From Leptogorgia sarmentosa (Eukaryota), in assembly GCA_964658305.1 (NCBI GenBank), contig OZ210884.1, forward strand, positions 558,001 through 622,000: 64,000 bases of DNA. Reading direction: 5' to 3'. The stretch's first letter is position 1. Each line of letters begins with the position of its first letter. This document shows, piece after piece, positions 12,827 through 41,989 of this stretch. Below the pieces are notes generated by a model. It was not told where the DNA came from. It saw nothing but the letters and a program-made list of their open reading frames with translations, and searched no databases. Both the position numbers and the translations under genes were made by a program.

Positions 12827-14109
12827 CCTTTAATCCAAATCGTCAACAAAATTTACAATTTCTGCAGGAAGTTTTTTCCCATCCTGTATAATATTTAAAA
12901 CGCATTTTTGCAAATATAAATAAAAGTTGTTCAATATTTGAGGATACTCAAACATAAATATGTAATACGTTTCCAGCAGTGCTAAAGTTGCTTTGACGAT
13001 TCCACACCTTCCACCGAGAACAACACTGTGCGTTCTGCCGCAATGACAACTCGTTTGGGTGTTCGGCATTCACCTTTGATAAAAATTCTTTGGTGATCTC
13101 TCCGATAACCCTCGACTATTTCCTCAACCGTGGATTCCTCCTAAAATGCAAAATAGGTGCAGAGATTGAGTGATGTAGATTTATCACGAATGTAGAGTTG
13201 TTTGCAACAAATCACATGCATATGTGATATGACAACATTTAAGTAAAATTTCCTATACTAAGATATTTATTTCAGGACTGTCTGTTTACTTTGCATGTAT
13301 ACTGTTATTACAGAATGTTAAGTTAATCCCTTAATTGCATGGTCAAGTACAATAAAATTATTAAGCACATGCATATTATACCAGTGCATGTATATCAGTT
13401 TTCTTCTTTTCTTTATTGATAAGACATGCCTTACCAAAGTCAATAAGTATTGGGCAACACAAACGCAGATTACAAGTAATATGTTGTCGCACTTTATGTC
13501 ATTATGAAGAATTTCTTTTTGATGCAGATAATTTATTAATTATAGCATCAGCTAGTTGAGAGATTACTAGCAACCACTGCTCATGGTGTTTAGTGACATC
13601 AAACTCCTTTGATTATACCGCTAGCTTATACGGTATTTCGGGTGGCACACAGTCACAATTGCAGATTCCGTTGTCACAAATAAACAAAGCAGAAGGTATT
13701 TCAAAAACACAAACCTATAACTAGGCTTTAAACATTAATACTCGGCACTGTTAATCGGCAGATGTAGACAAATGTGCTTCGCCTTAAGTAGCGCATTAAT
13801 ACATTATTCCACAATAACTTACCAAGGAATCTGTCACGATATTCTTCAAAACCATTTTTCTTCAAACATTCCTGGACTTGCTCCATAATAGCGAGATTTA
13901 AAAAAGCTTAACTTTCGGTAGTATAAGCGTGTCTTCGACCACAAGAAACTTTGCTCTGAACACGAAGCAGGATACACGTGTAGGATTCCAGGTGCCGAAT
14001 AGACAATTATGTGACTCAACGGTATCCCTTTGGGACTCACTGATTGGTTCATGTTGGCAGTTATGCAAATTTTTACGTATATGCAACGATGACAATCTTC
14101 ATATCATAA

Positions 14110-14490
14110 GTAGCTGTGAGATGAAGTTACTCATGTCATGCGTAGCTGTGAGTAAAGTTACTCATGTCATGGTAGTTGTGAGTAAAGTTACTCATGTCAT
14201 GCGTAGCTTTGTGTGAAATTACTCATGTCATGAGTAGCTGTGAGTAAAGTTACTCATGTCATGCGCAGCTGTGAGTAAAGTTACTCATGTCATGCGCAGC
14301 TGTGAGTAAAGTTACTCATGTCATGGTAGTTGTGAGTAAAGTTACTCATGTCGTGGTAGCTGTGAGTAAAGTTACTCATGTCATGGTAGCTGTGAGTGAA
14401 CTTACTCATGTCATGAGTAGCTGTGAGTAAAGTTACTCATGTCATGCGTAGCTGTGAGTAAAGTTACTCATGTCGTGGATATCTGTGAGT
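14110..14490. repeat. 28-30-bp minisatellite GTAGCTGTGAGTAAAGTTACTCATGTCAT
   Basis: About 13 visible tandem units, each containing an imperfect palindrome TGAGTAAAGTTACTCA. Confidence 0.9.
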
Positions 14491-15528
14491 AACTTGTTTT
14501 GACATTTTGTTGACTTTACTCAACTTTTGAGTTATATAGTTCAAATTACTCAAATTTTTGAGTATTGTTTTTGCGGTTGAGTAAATATTCATCCTTTTGA
14601 GTCAATTTACTCATGTTGTTGGTTAAAATGACTCAAGATGAATTTTTACTCAATATTGTGAGTATTGTATTACTCGCATGATTGAGTAAAATTACTCGCA
14701 AATAGTGCTTACTCTCAGATGCGAGTATTTTTACTCAGCTATTTGAGTAACAATTTCAATTCACTCAAAACGTGAGCATCCTGACTCAATTTTTGAGTCA
14801 TTTTACTCATATCCAGAAATGGATTTTTTGCAGTGTACTAACATGTGTGGAAATTTTTTTAAATAGATCAATAAAATTTGTACTTAATATTTTGTGATGT
14901 GATAGTATCAATTCATCTAGCATTCATAATTACCAAACACGTATCCCGACACGTATCCGAATTGTAAAATTCAACCAATCAGAGCACGATCAGACATGTA
15001 TCTCGATACGTATCCGAATTGTAAAATTCAACCAATCAGAGCACGATATTCTAATGAGTTCATAACCTCTATATGCATGCGGCACCTTGCACCACCTCAC
15101 GCAGCCTCACGCACCCCTCTGCGCTCCCCTGCGCACCCTTAAAAAAGGGGGTCGATCGGCCTTTATAATACTACTTCGGTTGTTTTGGAATTAATTTCAA
15201 AAGAAATCCGTCGGCAGATCATGAATATATAGGTATACACCCCACCCCCGTCCCCCAATTAACGTTGTAGTGGCCGACAGCCCTGCATATTTTCCTGCAT
15301 ATTAGAGTTTCCTCTGTTTGCCGCAGTGCCGTTAACCTCGCATGTGAAAAAGAAGTTTCATGCATGACGCGCCGTCTGTGTGGAACTCGCGACCAAGGAA
15401 ATTAAGGAAACCAAATCTCAAGAGGGAATTTCCACTCAATCTTTTACTATTAGAAGTTATCATTCCAAATGTTGTAAATAAATGCGATATTCAACCACTA
15501 ACGATTGTTTTGAACCTTTTAGGCACTG

Positions 15529-32001
<16,473 letters not shown>

Positions 32002-32087
32002 CCATAGAAGAAAATTGTATTTATTTAGGGGCATTGATTTGAAAATTGGTTCTTAATATACTAATCTAATGAAAACAAAAGATCATG

Positions 32088-32093
32088 AATAAA
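32088..32093 (+). terminator. Candidate polyadenylation signal of ELOVL paralog 1
   Basis: AATAAA 87 nt after the stop codon, followed by T-rich sequence. Confidence 0.4.
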
Positions 32094-32502
32094 AAATTAA
32101 ATTATTATTGATTGCATCAAAACCAATCTGTATTCATCCGTTGCTTTCTTTTCCTGTCCTGTCCTTTCTTTTTTCGCTCGCCTGCCGGAGTGACTATAAC
32201 ATATTTTTTTCTCAATGACCAAGTGTACCCCAATTGACCAAGGTATTGGAAATTTGGGTGCGAAAGCATTCAACAAAGGACAAGAAGAAAAATTATGAAT
32301 AGGACCTCGTTAAAGGCCTGATTCCATGGGCTATATTCCTTGCCAAAATGCGCCATAAAAGCAAATAAGATTTATCGAGAAAAAAGGGAGGACTTCCCCC
32401 CAGTTTTTTGCTTGGGGAGGACAAGTATATAATCCCCCCCTACTTTTTACCATTTCTTGTTTTCTTGTACTGGTGACTATAGTGATTACGAAAGTTATAC
32501 TG

Positions 32503-33955
32503 GGGCCGGTTGTACGAAAGGCGTTTAAGTCGCTATACACCGTTTAACTCGCTATCCGTCGGATAAAATTTAAACGATTGAGAAATTGCGTTGTACGAAG
32601 CCCGTTTAGCGCTATCCACTGGTTAAATTTTGGCTAAACGATGGATAAAGTTAAACGGTCTCATGAGACCGTTTAACTCACTATCCGGCGGATAAATTAA
32701 CATTTCAAAACATAATAATGAGGATTTCGGGTTAACGAAGGAGAATTGTGACAGAAAGGGGGGACTGTCTTTACTACAACGGACAAAAAAAAGTCAAGTG
32801 AACACTCACCATCGACTTTTGTTGTCTAACTTGTCCTGAGGTAAACTGAAGTCACCTCGAACATGAATAAAGGCTGCGACTTTGCTATATTTTCATAACG
32901 CACGAGTTTCCGGCGTGTTCATACGTTATATTCTTTTACTTTCCCGCTTCACACTTAATATATCGTGTTTAATAATAGCTGTAAAACTCCAACTTAAAGC
33001 CATTTTGAATGAACAATCGCTGTAGACGACCAAATATTATAACGTACATAAATACACAAACAAAAAGACGCCAAAAGCCCAAAATTCGAAAAGAACTTTG
33101 TTCGCTCTGTGTGACTTTGTTAAGCCAATCAAAATATTAGAGAAAATGTTCGAAAAATTGTTTACAACAAAATTCAAGGTCAAGGACAACGAAGAAAATG
33201 TTGAAGTTGTTGTAAAACTACCTTATTCGTACTTAATTTCGCGTGACTTTAATTTCGCGATTTTCGCGATTGAAAAAAAATCGCGAAATTAAAGTCGCGC
33301 GAATAAAAATCCTCGCGAAATTTAACCACGCGAAATTAAATACATTAGTTAAAAAATTGGAATTGTTAAATCGTTAATTTCTCGATATATATGATCAACA
33401 ACAACATGTACAGCTCGCATATCGTTTTACCGACATCGACATATATAAATTTCAATAAAAGTTAAAATTCAATAAAATTCAATTGTTAAAAGTTAAAATT
33501 CAATAAATGATGGTTTTGCAAATCTGTATTTCGCGAAAATTAATGCCCTATTTCTATTTTCGGTCATCAAAATCGCGAAAATAAAGTCTCGCTAAATATG
33601 GCTTCGACAAAATCGCGAAATTAAGTACGCGCGAAATTAAGTACGAATAAGGTAATTAAAAATATACTCGTACCGTTGTTTTCGAATTTCATGAAGCGTG
33701 ATGTTATACGGGTGTAAAATCTGCAACATTTTACCCTCAAGTTCCCTCAAGTACCAAGTTGAGGTGCACAAATTCTGGAAAATGGTTTTTTACGGGTAAA
33801 TTTAAGTTTATCTATCGTATAGTTAAACGCGATACTAAACGGGCTTCGTGCAACGCGATTTTATCCGCTAGTTAACTATCCGCTGGATAGAAAATTTATA
33901 CGTTGGATAATGCTTAAACGCCGTTTAAGTTAAACGCCTTTCGTACAACCGGCCC
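32503..33955. mobile_element. Harbinger-like non-autonomous element with a nested TA-flanked MITE (33221-33652)
   Basis: TIR GGGCCGGTTGTACGAAAGGCGTTTAA flanked by CTG/CAG. The nested element has TIR CCTTATTCGTACTTAATTTCGCG with TA flanks. Confidence 0.7.
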
Positions 33956-36596
33956 CAGCTATTTAATACTTAATGGTAGCAATCTTCCATTCGTATTCCG
34001 GAACGAGCTTATCCAAGAGAGAGATCTCTGACTCTGAAAGGGTCGTTTTCAGCAACCTTTAAATGTTCAAAATTTTCTCGTTTGCCTTGTGAAATGTTGG
34101 GTCCTCATCCCTAGGTTGAAAGCGCTCCTATATCCCTCCTGGAGTACTTGTAGGAGAGTATACCTCTGAAAGGGGGAAAAACGTTTTCAACTCCAGCCGC
34201 CATTCTGTTGATCTCTTGCTCGGTCAGTCCGGTGAAATTAGCTCCCCGTGAATAAAATGTGTTCCGCCGCCCCTGTGTTTTGTATCCATAAACGTTTTCA
34301 TGCAAGTATGAAGTGAACTTTGAGGAATTCGAATTTTCCAGCTTTGGGCGTTGTTTCCTGTCGTGGAGAAAGGTCCGTAATTACGCGAAGAAATTGCGGA
34401 AAATCAAATTTCTCAAAACTTGAATAGCTTGTATATCATAACATATATCATATCATATATCACTAACATATATCATGTAACATATATCATATCATATATC
34501 ACTGCACTGATTGCATCAAAACTGCACTGCACTTCTTGTGCAACAGGTTGCATCAATATGCTTAAAACGTTAATCTGTTTTATACAGTTACATACATTGA
34601 AAAAATATTCATCTTGACTGCTGAACAATATTGTTAACATTCGTGAACAATAGGTGTAGCAGAATATCGCGGCTGAGTTCGTAGTTATATGGAGAGCAAT
34701 ATTGAAAAATTATTGCATGAGGTCGAGTAGGATATGGGGTATTATTAAGGCCGAGGTTTCTGTTATTTGCGAAGGCTGAGGCAAATAACACGAACCCCAA
34801 GGCCTTAATAATTCATTATGAGAATATATTATGAGAACCAAATTTAGTAATTGTTTAATTTGTTTTATTATTTATTTGTATCTTTATCCGACTTAGTGTA
34901 AACGTAATAATGTCGTATATGAGTTTTCAATATACGACATAATTACGTCATAAATATATGTTATTTACCAGCTGGGAGGTCCGTACTGGAAAATATTTTG
35001 TCGAGGTCTCAAAAACGGCCCGAGGCCGAAGGCCGAGGGGCGTTTTTGAGACCGAGACAAAATATTTTCCAGTACGCCCCGACCTAAATGGTAAATAACT
35101 TTTTTTTTTTTTTTTCTCCTCGATGTTATGATAAAATTCGTCAAAAATTCCAGTGTTGCGAACTAGATTTTGAGATCAGTTTGTTTGTTTACTTTGCTAC
35201 TCTATCGCAAGTATGGCTGCTAAACAGCCAAGACGAAGTGAGAAAAACCCTTCAATATTGACGCATTTGCTTCAATATTGACGCTTTTCCACTCAACATT
35301 ACTTCGAAAAAGGTAAACTTATTAAAATTATTTATTTTCCCGTTCGTTTCACGATACAAACATGGTTAAAATACGCTTTAGACACCGAAATATTTCGCCG
35401 AGAATGTTTTGTTTTGTTCATACTGATGAGACTTTGTTGATACTTATGAGTTTTTGTCGCTGTAAATACCCCCTAAAATATCCCTTAGCATAATAAAATG
35501 AACTTTCATGTGTTCTTTATCGCCTAAATTCGTTTTGAATGTTTTAAAAAGCGGCCATTCAATTTTACAAAACAAAAACATTGACTATATTTGTGTCTAC
35601 GAGAATGCGAGCGGTCCGTACCGTAGGATACGGACCGCTCAGCAACCAATCAGAAAGCTCTATTTAGGTTACGGACCGGGAGTTACGGACCGGAAAAAAA
35701 TAATGTTGTATATGTGTTTCACCGAGCAGATATAACGAATTCGCCCATTGCTCTTAACCAATCAAAACTCTTGAATGACTTTAAATAAATAATAATAAAC
35801 AATCATTGAATGAGGTCAGTAGTAATATAGGTACCGATCGACCCCCTTTTTTGAGGCTGCGCGAGGTTGCGTGAGACTGCGCGAGGTGGCGCATGCGTAA
35901 GAAATAGTAAGAAAAGATAGGAAAATAAATGGACGACATGGAGGGGGTGTCTGTATCTATGTAAGATGCAATCTTAATTACAAAACTCGCGAGGAATTAA
36001 GCTCTGACGAATTAGAGTACTTAACTATCGAGATCACTAAACCCCGGACTAAATCACTAATAATTAGTACTTGGTACAGGCCTCCAGACTCGCAAGCGTA
36101 CCACTTTGATTGCTTTGAAAAAATAGTAGGAAAAGTAGACACGACAAATCATTACTATTTTCTGCTAGGTGATATAAATGTTGATCTTATGCCGGGTGTA
36201 TCATCAGTCAACGCCACTAAATTAAATGATATCTTTGAAGTCTATGGCCTAAACAACTTATTACAGATCCTACTAGAACAACACCATATTCTTCTACTTT
36301 AATTGATCTTTGTGTAACAAACTCCCCATCAAAGATCATAAAGTCTGGGATAATAGAACTTTCTATAAGTGATCATGTATTAGTCTATATGACACACAAG
36401 GTTCACTACAAACAAACAGGTTCACGACTTGTTCAAATAAGAAACATGAAAAGTTTCAATACAGGAAACTACAGTATATAAGAGATTTAGAACAACAAGT
36501 ATGGACGGACGTGAACTTAAGCAATCATCCAATGAGATGTGGCCAAAATGGAAAAATATGTTAACAAATTGCATTGACAAGCATGCACCACTCAGA

Positions 36597-36896
36597 CAGT
36601 GGCGTAGCCAGACCTTCATTTTTGGGGGGGCGAAGCAAACGCGGAAGGCGCGATGGCATCTAGGGGGGTCCGGGGGGATTCTCCCCCGGGAAAATTTTGA
36701 AATCTGGAGTCCCTCAATGGCGATTTAGCGTGTTTCTGGGGTGAGATTTGTGAAAATGTTTGGATTGAGATCGGTAGTCACATGGGTAGTCATCGTCCCC
36801 CCCCCTAATTTCTACCCGGATTTCATCTTTACGGCGCAGTCCTTCAGCCTATTGTGGGGGCTGAGCCCCCCGTGCCCCCCCTTGTCTACGCCACTG
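36597..36896. mobile_element. hAT-type MITE
   Basis: TIR CAGTGGCGTAG and 8-bp TSD CACTCAGA/TACTCAGA. Same family as 58430-58719. Confidence 0.85.
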
Positions 36897-37415
36897 TACT
36901 CAGATTAAAAAGAGTTGGGAAAGAGAATTCCCCGTGGATCACTAGTCAATTAAGGCAAACCATGCGTAAGCGAGATCTCCTAAAAAAGAAAGCCAAACAG
37001 ACTGGCGATCCATTAATATGGCAACAATATAAAGATGTACGAAATTGCACGAATAATGAAATTAAAAAAGCAAAAAGTCAATATTTTACTGACAATCTAG
37101 AGGCTAATAAGAAAAATCCAAGATCAACCTGGAAACTTATTAACGAATTAAATTCTCGCAATACTTCTAGTAACAAAACTATATCTAATATCAAACTAGG
37201 TGATGAAATTCTAACTACACCCAAGGATATTCCTGAGACATTTAATTCTCACTTTGCTAGTGTGGGTCAGAAATTAGCGTTTGATATACCACCATCAACC
37301 GTAAGACCGGAAGAATATGTTGTCCCAGCTCAAACTACATTTTCAATGATATCCCCTACTGTAAATGCAGTCTTTAAGAAATTAAAAGCAATCAATGAAC
37401 GGAAAGCAACTGGTC

Positions 37416-38428
37416 CAACCCGTACCCAGGCTCTCTCCTCATAACCCTAAGGGCAGGAGAGACCCTGGTTGCGGCTGGTCACGTGGCACCCAGATTCTGG
37501 GTGCTTAATTGATTTGTACACTTAGGGAGGGGTGGTAGAGGAGGGTGTATGTACTGTGTTTGAAAATCTTCATGAATCAGAATTGAAAATCATGAAATTG
37601 TATGTTGCGCTCATAAAATATTTCAAAGAAATCGAATATAATACCATTGCAATTCAATTACATAATTAACGTCATGACCTCGAACAAACGAAGCATCGAA
37701 TTACATTTTAAGCATTGGGTTAGGTCAAATTTCAAAAGGATATTCATTCAGTTCTCCTGGATGGCTACTAGCGGAGGCACGCCGAAGAAAATCTACAAAA
37801 GTATATCTGTATCGACGGTTATCTCGCGTTGCAGACTTTGTTATTCTGTTGGGGATCCGAAACATTGTAAAAATTTATTTGGGGATTCGAATCGAGTAAT
37901 TTTACGCAACGCGATAGTGTTTACGGCAGTGAGTGTCTCGTTTGTTTGCTAACATCGATAACCGCCGCCCGAATACCACTCGCATATAAACTCAGCGAAT
38001 TTAATGGAGATACAACCACAACAATCGAGGAAACTGCGGCGGTAGCAATATGTTTTGACTTCCAACCAAGCAAATCAGTGCAAATTCTGCCTCTCGCGTA
38101 AACAATAACATTAGCAGAAGATGGAAAACCAAAGATTTGCCATAGCCCGTTGGCAAATACATGCTATCGAGGCCAACAACTTGCTTCGGTTTTAAGAAAA
38201 TCTCATCATAGAAACTATTTAAAACGGCAAACTCCAAGCAAGACAAAAACACAATGTAATCCAGCATGGCGCAACGCGACAGGAAAAGTACGCCAACTGG
38301 AAGCATGTAACATGACACTCTTCCGTCACCTCCTAAGGCAGCTAATTATTCGCCAGTCACGTGACCAGCCGCAACCAGGGTCTCTCCTCCCCTTGGGGTT
38401 ATGAGGAGAGAGCCTGGGTACGAGGTTG
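37416..38428. mobile_element. Internally deleted AcademH-like DNA transposon
   Basis: ~70-bp TIRs CAACC(T)CGTACCCAGGCTCTCTCC and 9-bp TSD CAACTGGTC. Minus-strand RecQ-type motif LKPKQ...LPTGYGKSLVF. Confidence 0.65.
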
Positions 38429-38456
38429 CAACTGGTCCTGATAAAATACCTTGTAA

Positions 38457-39344
38457 CAGGCCCGTAGCTGAGGGGGGCCTGGGGGGGCAGTGCCCCCCCC
38501 CCATCCGGAAAGAAAATTGAAATTGTGCCCCCCCTATGCCACGATCTTTTTGCCGTTTAAAAATTAGACAGCGAGGCTGTCCATGAAAGAATAGTAATCG
38601 GCTGTCCATGAAAGAATAGTAATCGAAGGCGTAGCCTAATTATTTTGGTGTAATAGCCATATTAAATAGCCACAAATAGTGCGGTATTTTGTAGTTTGTG
38701 TGACGTGGATCACTAACTAAACTAGCTGCGAGCACAAAGGTCAAAACAGTGCCGGATTAACCCTATGGCAGAAAGGGCGTCCGCCCACGGGCCCCGCGCT
38801 TTGGGGGCCCCGCGTTTTACTCAGTTCTAATCTTTTTCGGCGCTTGGGTAGACAAAAACGGGCTCAAAAAACCGGCAACTCCACAAAAGTAAAACAACAT
38901 TACTCCGAAGAGCGAGGCCCCATAGATCAGACCAAATAAAAAGAAACGCGAGGCCTTGCAAATCAAAGGCGAGACCCAATTCGCCCAAAAGTCAAGATGG
39001 CACCTTTTTGGCTTAAAATGAAATGGCCGTTTCCGGCGATCTAGAGGTTCTAAATTCTCAAAATTTTCTCGCTCGACGCCAACCATGGTGGCGTCTCGTG
39101 AGACTCGGCCTCCCCCCCGCCCCCCAAGAATTACAAACCGTTCCTACGACCCTGGAATTGCGGTAATGCTGTGATATGTCCCGACAAATATAATTCAAAA
39201 AATATGTGTGAGGGGCCGCGCGCTGAACATTTGCCACAGGCCCCGCGCGATGTTAATGTCAAAAGCGTACCAAATCTTTTTAATATTTTTTTCTGCAGTG
39301 CCCCCCCCCCCCCCCCCAGAAATTAAGAGCCAGCTACGGGCCTG
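38457..39344. mobile_element. hAT-type MITE with a nested MITE (38747-39257)
   Basis: TIR CAGGCCCGTAGCTG and 8-bp TSD CCTTGTAA. The inner element CAGTGCCGGATTAACC... (also at ~28133) is flanked by GTCAAAA. Confidence 0.8.
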
Positions 39345-41530
39345 CCTTGTAAGCTTCTCAAAATTGCAGCAGAGACCATTGCTCCATCGCTAACTCAAAT
39401 ATCTGATAAAAGTATAAGAACAAGTATATTCCCTGATGATTGGAAGCTAGCGAGAGTTACCCCGATTTTTAAAAAGGGTAAAAAAGATGATATGGACAAT
39501 TATAGACCAATATCTGTTATTTCAGTAGTTGCAAAGATTTTTGAAAAGCTGATTTTTGAGCAGTTGTATGAGTATCGAACGATCTAATAGCAGCATCTCA
39601 GTCTGGGTTTCGGCCATTGCACAGCACGTTAACTGCCCTAATGGAAGCCACGGATAAGTGGTCAATCAATATAGATAATGGGCTTCTTAATGGAGTAATT
39701 TTTATTGACCTTAAAAAGGCATTTGATACTATTGATCACACCATACTTTTGGGGAAGTTGCAAATGTACGGTGTTGACCAAAATGGTATCAGGTTCTTTG
39801 AATCATACCTAAGTAATCGCAGTCAAAGATGTTGCGTTAATGGTGAGTTATCTGATGCTGTTAAAATAACTTGTAGGGTACCACAAGGTACAAATTTGGG
39901 ACCCTTGTTATTTTTTATATATATTAATGATCTACCTAATTGTCTTAAAAGAGCCTCTCCAAGGATGTTTGCAGATGACACTAATATAAGTGTCGCTGCA
40001 AAATCCGTTGCAGAGCTTGAGCTAATAATTAACTCAGAAATGAAAAATCTTCATCAATGGCTAATAACTAATAGATTGAGCCTTAACGTCGCAAAAACGG
40101 AATTTATGATAATCGGATCTCGCCAACGACTGCATATGCATAACGATCACATAAGCATAGAAATTGACGGGAAAGCAATTGAGAGAGTTAACGAAACGAA
40201 ATCTTTAGGCTTACAAATCGATGAACACCTTTCATGGGCAAGACATGTAGAAAATACCTCCAAAAAGATTGCATCAGCTGTTGGAGCTCTTAAACGGGTT
40301 CGCTAATTTATAGATACAGACACTGCCCTGAAAATTTATATAGCACTGATTCAACCATATTTTGATTACTGTGGCGCAGTCTGGGATGGGCTAAATGCCA
40401 CCCTAAATGATAAGTTGCAAAAATTGCAAAACAGGGCTGCGAGGATCATCACCAAATTTCGACATGATACTAGCTCCAGCGAACTGTTTAGCAGACTGGG
40501 ATGGGATAATCTTCTAATACGAAGAAAAAAGCACAAAGCTATATTGATGTTTAAAACAATTAATGACTTAACTCCGTATTATCTCCGCGAATTGTTTGAA
40601 TCCCGCAGCACAGGATACAATTTGAGAAACTCGGAAAACACTTTATTTGTGCCAAAAAACCGCGTACGAACTATGGCAAACGATGTTTTAGCTACAGCGG
40701 AGCATTGTTGTGGAATGAGTTACCTCAAATATTCGAGCAATAGGCTCTCTTAATCAATTTAAGAGAGAAATTGACAATTTATTTTCTGTATGAACGGACT
40801 CCCGCACGGCAATCTTGTAAATCAGTAGCTATAGTATGTAGTGTCCTAGCAACTGTAAAGTCTAAGTGTTAATTGTCATTGTATATAGATAACGTTAATT
40901 GTAACTGATTTGTATTATTGTCACTTGTCACTCTTATTCTTATTATATATGTGTAAATACTGTAGATTTTACCGTGGTTAAATAAAGCGATTTGATTTGA
41001 TTTGATTGATTTGAAGGGCCTGAGATCTCATTAGAATATCGTGCTCTGAGTGGTCGAACAACGTGACGAACACATACGTATCCGGATACGTGTCTGGTAT
41101 TGACATTCTGCATACTAATTACTCGTTAACGTTTTGCATACTAGTTACTCTTTATTTTTGCGTGACGAACACATCTTGACGAACACAGCGTGACGCCACG
41201 CTATAGCAGCGCTCTGATTGGTCGAACAGCGTGTCGGAATCTTTTTAACTGACGTAAAATATCGACAACTATTCCTATATTTTCTGTTATGAAGAGAACG
41301 TTCATATTTGGGTTTTATTGTAAATAATATGTTCTGGGGCAGCTGTGGGGGAAAATAGGTTGCTAGGCAACAGGGTTAAGGGGGAAGAACACGAGGTCTC
41401 TTACCGAACGTTCGGCTATCGTAAGTTAAACCATTCTAGCATTGCTTTTTGGGTTATTTTATGTTTTAAAGTTATTTTACGTTTCTATTAAATGTATAAA
41501 AAGAGTTTTTAGTCAGGTCTGGATAACATT

Positions 41531-41548
41531 TGGCGATCCTGCCAGGAC
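41531..41548 (+). promoter_or_regulatory. Primer-binding site, probably tRNA-Arg
   Basis: TGGCGATCCTGCCAGGAC is complementary to a tRNA 3' end ...CCUGGCAGGAUCGCCA, as recalled for invertebrate tRNA-Arg(ACG). Confidence 0.7.
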
Positions 41549-41989
41549 TTTGGAGCGTTTTTGATCGGATTTTATCGACGTCTTGACAGTATCGAAGGAG
41601 CGAGGTTTGTTGAATAACTTATACGAAGGATATTTGTGTCGTTGGACAGTTTATTTGAAGAAATTTGACTGGTTTGAGACGAGGAAGTATTACAAGGCGT
41701 AAGGACTTCGGAATTCGTGCAAAATACTAAATATATGTATACATATCGTTGGGAAATATCGTCGGGACAGTTTTGGTGAGCTAAACGAGTAATTTATGCT
41801 AATTTATGCAAGAGGTTTTGCCTGGATCATCGGGAGAATCAGGGGCGCGCATTAGTTTGCGGGTTATTTTCTTAATACAAAGAACAATTCTGTACTGAGT
41901 CTTAACATTAATCGGTGCATCAAACAGAGATTTTTTGGAGCATAATATAAACATATCGACACACTTTTGTCGGGACCCCAACCGCTATT

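Larger units (their letters stand above)
12212..14835 (-). mobile_element. Non-autonomous CACTA/EnSpm-type transposon
   Basis: TIRs CACTGCAAAAAATCC / GGATTTTTTGCAGTG and 2-bp TA TSD, confirmed by the empty site (AGACCATACTAAC) in the 8060 copy. Long subterminal TGAGTAAA/TTACTCA repeats and a minus-strand remnant ETYYIFMFEYP. Confidence 0.8.
9555..15175 (+). mobile_element. Non-autonomous Polinton/Maverick-derived element
   Basis: AGT(A/G)-type termini with ~170-190-bp imperfect TIRs (9555-9740 vs 15005-15175) and 6-bp TSD TCGATT/TCGGTT (1 mismatch). It encodes a Polinton-type packaging ATPase and interrupts a hAT-like MITE whose halves flank it. Confidence 0.75.
35900..41014 (+). mobile_element. 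5'-truncated CR1/L2-group LINE (APE endonuclease + RT), inactivated
   Basis: EN motifs RHGGGVCIYV, WYRPP, LLGDIN, SDH; RT motifs NYRPIS, FIDLKKAFD, VPQG..LGP, FADDT. Stop at 40306 and a frameshift at ~39575; AATAAA plus (ATTTG)n tail; interrupted by DNA elements. Confidence 0.9.

Noticed and set aside
12260..14490. Regular arrays that might look CRISPR-like
   Set aside because: No unique spacers, no cas genes and a eukaryotic context; they are transposon subterminal repeats.
15424..15433. Perfect NF-kB site GGGAATTTCC near the paralog 1 ATG
   Set aside because: A single short motif, not seen at paralog 2; chance cannot be excluded.
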